Shown here in pieces: positions 48,331 to 57,196 of a stretch of 57,196 nt of DNA (its first letter is position 1; each line of letters begins with the position of its first letter). A program made the position numbers and the translations under genes. The notes under the pieces were generated by a model, which did no database searches, had not been told where the DNA came from, and worked only from the letters and a program-made list of their open reading frames with translations. This DNA comes from a bacterium (GTDB lineage Bacteria > Planctomycetota > Planctomycetia > Pirellulales > UBA1268), in contig JAPOJV010000003.1 in the NCBI GenBank assembly GCA_029978085.1, forward strand, positions 1 to 57,196, written 5' to 3'.

Positions 48331-49755
48331 ATGACTCATCCCCGACTGCCGAAGACGCTGGCCGAACTGCGGGCGAGTGGCTGGACGAGCCGCTCAGTAA
48401 AGGACGAGGTGCGGGAGAACTTCCTTCGGCTGCTGCGCGACGGCGGCGAGCTGTTTCCCGGCATCGTGGGCTACGACGACACCGTGATCCCGGAGATCAA
48501 CATCGCCCTGCTCGCCGGCCACGACATGCTCTTCCTCGGTGAGAAGGGGCAGGCGAAGAGCCGGCTCATGCGGCTGCTCGTGCGGTTTCTCGACGACCAG
48601 CTCCCCTACCTCGACGATCCCGCGATCCCGCTCCACGACGATCCCTACGCACCGATCACCCGGGCCGGCCGCCGGCTCGTGGCCGACCGTGCGGCCGAGG
48701 AGGTGCCGATCGCCTGGTGGCCGCGCGACGAGCGGTATGCCGAGCGGCTGGCGCCGGGCACGAAGTTCGCCGACATCATCGGCGAGATCGACCCCGCCAA
48801 GCTGGCCGGCGGCACGAGCATGGCGAGCGAGGAGGCCCTCCATCTCGGGCTGATCCCCCGGATGCACCGCGGCATCTTCGCGATGAACGAGCTGCCCGAG
48901 CTCGATGAGCTTGTCCAGGTCGGGATGTTCAACATCCTCGAGGAGCGGGACGTGCAGATCCGGGGCTATCCCGTGAAGTTCGATATCGACGTGATGCTGC
49001 TCTTCTCGGCCAACCCCTCGACCTACAACCGCTCCGGCAAGGTGATCCCGCAGCTCAAGGATCGGATCGGCACCGTCATCCACACCCACTACCCACGAGA
49101 TCGCGACCTCGGCATCCGGATGGTGGAGCAGGAGGCGGGCATCGATCTCGGGGGCGACTGGCCGGTTGTCGTGCCCTGGTTCATGAAACAGGTGGCGGAG
49201 CAGATCACGATCGCCGCCCGGAAGAGCAAATACATCGACCAGCAATCGGGCGTGAGCGCCCGGTTCTCGATCGCCAACTACGAGACGATGGTGGCGAGCG
49301 CCCGGCAGCGGGGCGTGCGACTCGGCGAGCGGCCGGCCGTACCGCGGATCAGCGACCTCGGCCACCTCTATGCGTCGAGCCTCGGCAAGCTCGAGCTCGA
49401 CCTCATGGGGAGCCACCAGATGACGGAGCGGCAGGTGCTCGACGCCGTCATCGCCGAGGCGATCGCCACGGTGTTCGAGGAGTATGTCGAGGCCCACGGA
49501 CTCGACGAGATCGCGAAGGTGTTCGCCAAGGGCGTGAAGATCGAGGTGGGCGACATGCTGCCGAGCGCGGCCTATGAGCGAGTCGTCGAGGACGTGCCCG
49601 CCGTGTGGGAGAAGGCCTTCGAGGTCAACGCGTCACAGGACCCGGCCGTGCGGGCGAGCTGCATCGAGTTCGTGCTCGCGGGGCTGTATGCGACGGAGCG
49701 GATCTCCCGGCTCCAGTCGCATGGCCGCACGCTCTACGACACCGGTGGGTTGTGA
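48331..49755 (+). CDS. Magnesium-chelatase-like AAA+ ATPase
   Basis: Walker A GEKGQAKS, Walker [22 protein letters not shown]. Confidence 0.8.
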   Translation: MTHPRLPKTLAELRASGWTSRSVKDEVRENFLRLLRDGGELFPGIVGYDDTVIPEINIALLAGHDMLFLGEKGQAKSRLMRLLVRFLDDQLPYLDDPAIPLHDDPYAPITRAGRRLVADRAAEEVPIAWWPRDERYAERLAPGTKFADIIGEIDPAKLAGGTSMASEEALHLGLIPRMHRGIFAMNELPELDELVQVGMFNILEERDVQIRGYPVKFDIDVMLLFSANPSTYNRSGKVIPQLKDRIGTVIHTHYPRDRDLGIRMVEQEAGIDLGGDWPVVVPWFMKQVAEQITIAARKSKYIDQQSGVSARFSIANYETMVASARQRGVRLGERPAVPRISDLGHLYASSLGKLELDLMGSHQMTERQVLDAVIAEAIATVFEEYVEAHGLDEIAKVFAKGVKIEVGDMLPSAAYERVVEDVPAVWEKAFEVNASQDPAVRASCIEFVLAGLYATERISRLQSHGRTLYDTGGL

Positions 49756-49767
49756 CTCGTGTCCGGT

Positions 49768-49833
49768 GTGGGCAAGTCACGCCGTGACTTGTTTTCCGGT
49801 CACGGCGTGACCGGGCTACCGTGACCGGGCTAC
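49768..49833. repeat. REP cluster 5
   Basis: GTGGGCAAGTCACGCCGTGACTTG-tttt-CCGGTCACGGCGTGACCGGGCTAC plus an exact duplicate cgtgaccgggctac; lies between convergent genes. Confidence 0.85.
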
Positions 49834-49859
49834 CTCCGCAGGTTCGACAATCTGCCGCA

Positions 49860-52472
49860 TCACCCGCCGAGCATTGTCGCGATCGCCTTGCGAGCGGCAT
49901 CGAGCGCGGCCGGCACCTGATCGACGAGCTTGCCGCCGGCCTGGGCGAGGTCGGGACGGCCTCCCCCCTTGCCGCCGACGGCGGCCGCCGGCTCCTTGAT
50001 CCAGTTGCCCGCGGAGAGGCCGCGGGCCTCGAGCTCCCGCGAAATGCCGGCCACGAGCGTCACCTTGTCTCCCTCGGCCGCAGCCAGGAAGACCGCGATG
50101 GGGCTCGCCTTGCGCCGCAGCTGATCGATGCACTGCCGCATCGCGCCCGCATCGCTCCCCTTGGCCTCGGCCACCACGATCTTCGTGCCACCGATCTCCG
50201 TGGCGGCTGCCAGCAGTTCGTCGGGCGAGGCGCCGGCGGCAGCCGCAGCGGGCTTCGCCTTCTTGAGCTCGCGGAGCTCCTTCATCACCGCCGCGAGGCG
50301 GTGCGTGAGCTCGTGGGCGGGCACCTTGAGGGCTCCGGCTGCGTCGGCCACGGTCTGCTCGGCCTGGCGGAACCGCTCGAGTGCCTTGCCGCCGGTGACG
50401 GCGGTGATCCGCCGCGTGCCGGCCGACACGCTCTCCTCGCCGATGACCCGCACGAGGCCGATCTGGCCGGTGCTCGAGACGTGCGTGCCGCCGCAGAGCT
50501 CGCGGCTCACGCCGTCCATCGTCACCATCCGCACGACGTCGGGATACTTCTCGCCGAAGAGCATCATCGCCCCCTCGTGGCGGGCCTCGGCGAGCGGCAG
50601 GAGCCGGGCCGACACGGGCACCGCAGCGAGCACGTGGTCGTTGACCATCGACTCGATCTTGCGGAGCGTGTCGGTATCGATCGAGCTGGTGTGTGAGAAA
50701 TCGAACCGCAACAGATCGGCGTCCACCTTCGACCCCTGCTGCACGGCATGCGTGCCGAGGTGGTGCTGGAGCGCGGCATGAAGCAGATGCGTGGCCGAGT
50801 GGGCCCGTCGCAGCGCGGACCGCCGGTGGTCGTCCACCACCGCCGTGACGGTGTGGCCGAGATCGAGCCGCCCCTCGCGGAGATGGCCGACGTGGAGCAT
50901 GAAGCCCCCTTCCCGCTGCGTGTCGGTCACCTCGAACCGTCCACCAGGCCATTCGAGCCAGCCGCTGTCGCCGACCTGGCCGCCCGACTCGCCGTAGAAG
51001 GGCGTGCGATCGAGCACCACCGTCACCGGGTCGGCATGCCCCACCTCGCGGAGTTCGTCACAGAGCGTGTGCTGCGCGATGATGCCGACCACCTTCCCCT
51101 CGGCCCGCGTGGCGTCGTAGCCGAGGAACTCGGAGCCGTGCATCGTCTTCTTGAGGGCATCGAGGGGCCCCGAGGCAAACACCTCCACCCGGCTCCCGGC
51201 GCCCGACCGCTGGCCATGCTCGTCCATCGCGGCTCGGAAGCCATCCCAGTCGAACCGGCAGTTCCGCTCCGCGGCGAGCGTCTCCAACAGTTCGGGTGGA
51301 AAGCCGTAGGTCGTATACAGCTCCGCGGCATCGCCGCCGGCCACGACGGCCTTGCCCGACGAGCCGATCGCCGCGAAGAGCTTTTCGATCCGCTCGAGGC
51401 CCCCGTCGATCGTGGCGAGGAACGACGCCTCTTCCCGCTCGATCACGGTCGCGACCCGACCGACCGTATCGGCCAATTCGGGATACGGCTTCGCCATCAT
51501 GGCCGCGACGATCGGGGGCAGCTTGTGGAGGAAGGGCTCCTGCATCCCCATCTGGCGGCCGTCGAGCACGGCCCGGCGGAGGAGCCGCTTGACGACGTAC
51601 TTCTCCTCGTTGTTGCCCGGCAGCACGTTCTCGTGAATCGCGAACGTGCAGGCCCGCACGTGGTCGGCGATCCGCCGCATCCGCCGCCCGTCGTCGGTGG
51701 CCGGCTCGTACCGTCGGCCGCACACGTCTGCCACAGCCTCGACCACCGGCCGGAGGATGTCGATGTGAAAATTAGAGTCGACGCCCTGGAGCATGGCGCA
51801 GGTCCGCTCCAGCCCCATGCCGGTGTCGATGTTGCGGCTGGGGAGCGGATGGAGATTGTCGGGGGGCGGGCCCACGCGATTGAACTGCGTGAACACGAGG
51901 TTCCAGATCTCCACATCGCTGCCGTCGGGCATGCGGTAGAAAATCTCGCTGCACGGGCCGCACACGCCGTCGGGCCCCTGGGACGGCGAACTCGCCGGCC
52001 AGAAGTTGTCATCTTCGCCCATCCGCGTGATCCGTGCGGCCGGCACGCCGATCTCGTCGGCCCAGATGGCGAAGGCCTCGTTGTCGTCCTGGTAGACGGT
52101 GATCGAGAGCTTCTCGGGGGAGATGTTCAGCCAGTTCCGGGCCGTGAGAAACTCCCAGGCCCAGTGGATCGCCTCCCGCTTGAAGTAGTCGCCGAAGCTG
52201 AAGTTCCCGAGCATCTCGAAAAACGTGTGGTGCCGCGGCGTGCGGCCGACGTTGTCGATGTCGCCCGTCCGCAGGCACTTCTGGCAGGTGGTGGCCCGCG
52301 TGAACTCCAGCTTGCACTTGCCGAGGAAGTGATCCTTGAACTGGTTCATGCCCGCGGGGGTGAACAGCACCGACGGATCCCAGCGCGGCACGAGCACGTC
52401 GCTCGGGCGGCGTACGCAGCCCTTCGATTCGAAGAATGCCAGGTAGGCTTCGCGGAGATCGTCGGCCTTCAT
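49860..52472 (-). CDS. alaS: Alanine--tRNA ligase
   Basis: LFTPAGM, HHTFFEMLGNFSFGDYFK, IDTGMGLER, HSATHLLH, ELCGGTH, GGKGGG. Confidence 0.97.
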   Translation of the reverse strand: MKADDLREAYLAFFESKGCVRRPSDVLVPRWDPSVLFTPAGMNQFKDHFLGKCKLEFTRATTCQKCLRTGDIDNVGRTPRHHTFFEMLGNFSFGDYFKREAIHWAWEFLTARNWLNISPEKLSITVYQDDNEAFAIWADEIGVPAARITRMGEDDNFWPASSPSQGPDGVCGPCSEIFYRMPDGSDVEIWNLVFTQFNRVGPPPDNLHPLPSRNIDTGMGLERTCAMLQGVDSNFHIDILRPVVEAVADVCGRRYEPATDDGRRMRRIADHVRACTFAIHENVLPGNNEEKYVVKRLLRRAVLDGRQMGMQEPFLHKLPPIVAAMMAKPYPELADTVGRVATVIEREEASFLATIDGGLERIEKLFAAIGSSGKAVVAGGDAAELYTTYGFPPELLETLAAERNCRFDWDGFRAAMDEHGQRSGAGSRVEVFASGPLDALKKTMHGSEFLGYDATRAEGKVVGIIAQHTLCDELREVGHADPVTVVLDRTPFYGESGGQVGDSGWLEWPGGRFEVTDTQREGGFMLHVGHLREGRLDLGHTVTAVVDDHRRSALRRAHSATHLLHAALQHHLGTHAVQQGSKVDADLLRFDFSHTSSIDTDTLRKIESMVNDHVLAAVPVSARLLPLAEARHEGAMMLFGEKYPDVVRMVTMDGVSRELCGGTHVSSTGQIGLVRVIGEESVSAGTRRITAVTGGKALERFRQAEQTVADAAGALKVPAHELTHRLAAVMKELRELKKAKPAAAAAGASPDELLAAATEIGGTKIVVAEAKGSDAGAMRQCIDQLRRKASPIAVFLAAAEGDKVTLVAGISRELEARGLSAGNWIKEPAAAVGGKGGGRPDLAQAGGKLVDQVPAALDAARKAIATMLGG

Positions 52473-52585
52473 CTGCTGCGGGGCTCCGGGGGATCGTTCG
52501 GCTGTGGAAAAGCCGAACTATACACGCCCCCGCCCTTCGCGCGGGATGCTGGTTTCGTGGTCCGGACGACCGCGAGACCACCACC

Positions 52586-52650
52586 AAAAACAGCACCGCC
52601 CGCGGCGGCCGCTTGGGTCGGCCGCGCGCGGGCGGGGGGGAGCGTGCTGG
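52586..52650 (-). terminator. Possible recA terminator
   Basis: GC-rich imperfect hairpin followed by gttttt on the minus strand. Confidence 0.4.
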
Positions 52651-52705
52651 TCAGGGCATCCCACCGGCGGGCGAGAACGCCTCGCCGGCGGGCGGCATGA
52701 GCGAA

Positions 52706-53872
<1,167 letters not shown>

Positions 53873-54008
53873 GGCGACTGCCTCCCACGCTTCCCGGCGC
53901 CTCGTCGGGGTGGTTGCTTTGCCACCATGAATCGAGCGATTTGCCGCGAAACCGTACACTGAACGCGGGTATATTATCGGCCGGCATCCATCTTGGCAAG
54001 CAGATTTT

Positions 54009-54024
54009 CTGGACGGCCGTACAG
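54009..54024. promoter_or_regulatory. Candidate LexA-like operator upstream of recA
   Basis: CTGGACGGCCGTACAG, an imperfect palindrome of the form CTG-N10-CAG. Confidence 0.4.
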
Positions 54025-54074
54025 ATCGCGATCCGCGGAAACCGGCGGCGAAACCACCACTTCCCCGAAATCCC

Positions 54075-54400
54075 ATGCCCGAACCTGCCGTCCCCGTCTG
54101 CGTGTGGCTGAAACGCGACCTCCGCGTGATCGACCATCCGGCGCTCGCCGAGGCGGTGGGCCCGCGAGGCGGGCGTCGAGTTTCTCGAACTGCCGCAGAC
54201 TGGCGTTGTCCGCCGGCTCGCGTCGCGGAACGGCTGGAACAGACACTGGGAACAGTAGGATCCGCGCGGGATCTTCATCCGTCGCTGGGTGCCGGAGCTC
54301 GCCGGCGTGCCGCCGGCCTACGTGCACATGCCGTGGACGATGCCAGTCGCCACGGCAGCCGCCGCGATCGCCGCGGCTCGATGCAGCAGGCCCCAGTGCG
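54075..54400 (+). pseudogene. Cryptochrome/photolyase remnant (large internal deletion)
   Basis: N-terminal [15 protein letters not shown]; after an in-frame TAG in another frame comes the C-terminal [26 protein letters not shown]. Confidence 0.8.
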
Positions 54401-54483
54401 ACAGTCGCTCGGCAACGACACCACGGATAGCGACACGAGTGGCGCACCGGTCCCCGCAGGCCGCTCCAAAGACTCCACCGGAA

Positions 54484-54684
54484 TCATGCGGCGGAGAAAA
54501 GAAGCTCCTTGAGATTGAGTTTCTCCTCCCGCTTGGATAGCCCGAGGATTTCGACCCCAACGACTTCACCACGGGCGTTGAAATCCAGAATCACGCCCGG
54601 CGCCACCTCCTGCGATTCAGCAATCGGCGAGTCCTCTATCGTTAGATAAAGAGCGTCTGCCGCTTCGTCTACTTTGAGCTTCAT
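54484..54684 (-). CDS. DUF2283 protein (putative antitoxin)
   Basis: DEAADALYL...ES.EV.PGVILDF...GEVVGVEIL. Confidence 0.85.
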   Translation of the reverse strand: MKLKVDEAADALYLTIEDSPIAESQEVAPGVILDFNARGEVVGVEILGLSKREEKLNLKELLFSAA

Positions 54685-54932
54685 AAAAAATCCTTCACTG
54701 AACGATCAAAGTATACCGTCACGACGCGAAGGGGAACCGCTTTCGGGTCGAAAACCACACGAAGGGCCCTCCCGCCAAACTCCTCGATGTGCCTGACGTG
54801 ATGCACCAGCGCTGGGTCGCGTCGATCAGACTCAATACTGCCAGGCGCATCAATCGTCCTCGCAATCCAGTCCGCTTGGATTCCCCGACGGCTGGCGACG
54901 TGTGCGGCATGCCGCGTCATTTGATAGGCCAA
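54681..54932 (-). CDS. DUF4258 (BrnT/RelE-like) putative toxin
   Basis: TTG start with a GAGGAG RBS; TRHA....RGI...WI..TI..P; LRVV..VVTVYFDR; overlaps DUF2283. Confidence 0.75.
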   Translation of the reverse strand: MAYQMTRHAAHVASRRGIQADWIARTIDAPGSIESDRRDPALVHHVRHIEEFGGRALRVVFDPKAVPLRVVTVYFDRSVKDFL

Positions 54933-55264
54933 TGCGTCGCTCCTCGACGACTCGGGGATTTGCCTTCGTCAAAATGGCCTTGGTCGGATGAAACAGCCCG
55001 TCGCAAACCAGACCGAGCCGGAAACCACAAAACTGAATATATGTCCACCTCTTGAAGTGAGTCAAGACGTCATCGGCAAAGAGGGATGGAGGTTGTCCTC
55101 GCAGCCCGGGCAAAAAATGCCCGGCTTGGCCGCATTCAATAAGCGAATGGCCGTCTAGGCAAACTGCCGCTGCTCTAAACTATCTGTGTGGTGTACGTAA
55201 GTGGGTGTGGCCCCGAACTTCCAGTCCTCACGGGGCGGGCTTCGGCCGGCGAGGGCGATTTTCC

Positions 55265-56392
55265 ATGATGTCCATGATGTTTGTTTCCCTTCCACGAACG
55301 CGTCGCTTGGCACCTCGACCAGTCCACGGTCTCACGCTCGTGGAACTTCTGGTGGTGGTCGCCATCATCGTGTCGCTCTTGGCCCTGCTGCTTCCGGCGG
55401 TCAACATGGCGGTCGCGTCATCGAGGCGAGCGGCGTGTGGCAACAACCTCAGGCAAATCGGAGTCGCGCTGAACGGCTACGCCAACACGCACCACAACCC
55501 CAGCCTGCCGGCAATCGCCTGGCGAGGGGGGCCCGGCGACGTGACCAAGTGCAAATTTTTTAGGAGCGGGTGGACCGGCGGTGTCGATAGCCCCGGGAAG
55601 GAGGGGGGATTCAGCTGGGTCGTGCAGATTCTGCCGTTCGCCGAGCAGCTCAACACGTTCGACACGATCGGCAGCCTCTCAACGGTCGACGGGCAGCCGT
55701 TTGCGCCGTTTGATGTTGTCCAGGGTGTTTACGGATACGGCAAGTTCGCCGACTGCCTCGTGGGAAAGAACGCGGGACCGGCCGACCCCAACAACTGGAA
55801 TGGCGGCCTGAATCCGAACCTCATCGACGACGAAACGATCGACAGAGTCAAACTCAGCTGGGCGGTCTGCCCGTCCCGGTCGACAGGCGGCGTGAATGAA
55901 CGGCGGGCACAGTGCACCTACCGGGCCAACGGGGGAAAAGAGCCGACCACGGTCATTCCTGCTCCTGAGGACGGTCCCATGAAGCACGCCAGCGCGACGG
56001 ACGGCCGGGGATTCGCGCTCGACTCGATTTCCGACGGGCTGTCGATGACCTATCTCGTGTGGGAACGGAACGACGGGTCGCTGCTGAGGGTCACAAGCCC
56101 TGTGAACTCGTACAACACCACTCCTTTCTACTGCGGCAAGTTACTCTCGGTCGGTCTGTATCCCGCCACGGTTTCTGATCTCGACGGACCGCTTGTCTTG
56201 AAAGCGCCTTATCTTCCCGTGCCGTCGGGGACTCCTAGTCCCTACTTCGGCCCGAATCCGAACTCCGACCACCCGGGGGGCGTGTTTGGTGCCCTGATGG
56301 CCGACGGAGCGGTGCGATTCGATTCCCTCAAGATGACGAACCGGGCGTTTCAGGCGCAATCCACCCGGGCGAAGTCCGACCTGGTACCCTAA
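55265..56392 (+). CDS. DUF1559 prepilin-type N-terminal cleavage domain protein
   Basis: G|[47 protein letters not shown]...ADG. Confidence 0.9.
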   Translation: MMSMMFVSLPRTRRLAPRPVHGLTLVELLVVVAIIVSLLALLLPAVNMAVASSRRAACGNNLRQIGVALNGYANTHHNPSLPAIAWRGGPGDVTKCKFFRSGWTGGVDSPGKEGGFSWVVQILPFAEQLNTFDTIGSLSTVDGQPFAPFDVVQGVYGYGKFADCLVGKNAGPADPNNWNGGLNPNLIDDETIDRVKLSWAVCPSRSTGGVNERRAQCTYRANGGKEPTTVIPAPEDGPMKHASATDGRGFALDSISDGLSMTYLVWERNDGSLLRVTSPVNSYNTTPFYCGKLLSVGLYPATVSDLDGPLVLKAPYLPVPSGTPSPYFGPNPNSDHPGGVFGALMADGAVRFDSLKMTNRAFQAQSTRAKSDLVP

Positions 56393-56469
56393 GGCTGTGG
56401 GACAACCCAGCGAGATATCCCAAAGCCTCAAACCACATCCTCCCCTTCCGTCGCCACAGGGTGACCACC

Positions 56470-57196
56470 ATGAGCCTGCGTCGAGCGATAGGACGGAGCC
56501 GGCACCGCACGGCGTTTACGCTCGTGGAGATGCTCGCCGTGATCGCGATCATCGGCGTGCTAATCGGGCTCTTGCTGCCGGCGATCAAGAGTGCGCGGGA
56601 GGCGGCCCGCCGAGTTTCGTGCTCCGGCAACGGCAAACAGGTAGGGCTGGCGATTCACAACTTTTTGAGTGTGCACGACAGATTTCCGCGAGCTGGGTAT
56701 TTCCACGGCATATTTCCTTGTCCGGATGAAACCATCGCGAAACTTGAGGGTACCCGGGATAGTTGGATTCTCGCGATTTTGCCGTTTCTCGAGGAAACAC
56801 AGCGCTACAACAGTTGGGCCGGTGGTACTGCGGCGGCGAACAGCCTTGATAAAGGGGCCATTCCCGCAATCGCGTGCGCGTCGTCAGCCTGGGCGGCCAG
56901 TGCTCTTGGTTACAACGGAAAGCCGGTGAGTAATTGGGGGGCGGTGTACGGGGACACTCTATTGCCTATGTCAACGTCAGGAAACGGAATACTCGGTTCT
57001 CTTCGGGGCGAAGCTCCGGTTCAGCGAGATTCAGTCACGGACGGGCTTTCCAACACGGCGATGCTCGGTGAGATCGCCACCCACGATAAAGCCACGAAGA
57101 AGTATCTCGTCGTCCCAATAGTTCCTACCACCCGGAAAAGTTGCCAAGACTCTACCGTAGCCCCACGTGATAGCGATGGCCATGGTTTGGAGCCCT
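56470..57196 (+). CDS. DUF1559 prepilin-type protein (partial, runs off the window end)
   Basis: Manual translation: A|FTLVEMLAVIAIIGVLIGLLLPAIKSAREAARRVSC, SWILAILPFLEE, VTDGLSNTAMLGE; no stop seen. Confidence 0.9.
   Translation, partial: MSLRRAIGRSRHRTAFTLVEMLAVIAIIGVLIGLLLPAIKSAREAARRVSCSGNGKQVGLAIHNFLSVHDRFPRAGYFHGIFPCPDETIAKLEGTRDSWILAILPFLEETQRYNSWAGGTAAANSLDKGAIPAIACASSAWAASALGYNGKPVSNWGAVYGDTLLPMSTSGNGILGSLRGEAPVQRDSVTDGLSNTAMLGEIATHDKATKKYLVVPIVPTTRKSCQDSTVAPRDSDGHGLEP

Noticed and set aside
55265-57196. Diversity-generating retroelement acting on the DUF1559 or Rhs genes
   Set aside because: No reverse transcriptase and no template/variable repeat pair with adenine-specific mismatches seen in the window.

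Overview
High-GC (~70% by eye) chromosomal window, very probably from a planctomycete (TIGR03000 and DUF1559 families; Pirellulales-like is my inference). The housekeeping backbone carries glnB, leuA, asd, truA, accA, pdxA, deoC, alaS and recA. It is interleaved with planctomycete-type secreted-protein clusters: an HtrA/PDZ trio, a TIGR03000 protein next to an SdpA/SdpB-like pair, and a paralog pair plus a DUF11 protein. Accessory DNA comprises an Rhs/YD gene running off the left edge, a toxin-antitoxin islet around a decayed MmeI-like RM gene, a decayed photolyase, a further TA pair and two DUF1559 genes at the right edge. The most unusual signals are non-coding: (i) five BIME-like clusters of GTAG/GTGG-footed REP palindromes in three co-varying subtypes; (ii) two copies of a ~180-bp multibranched element with compensatory changes and conserved GNA/GGA loops; (iii) a sigma54 promoter with NtrC-like sites ahead of a long G-U-rich structured leader or sRNA before glnB; (iv) a CTG-N10-CAG-like operator candidate upstream of recA and two accessory loci. 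I saw no tRNA, rRNA, CRISPR array, transposase, integrase or reverse transcriptase. All family assignments come from motif recognition by eye, not database searches.
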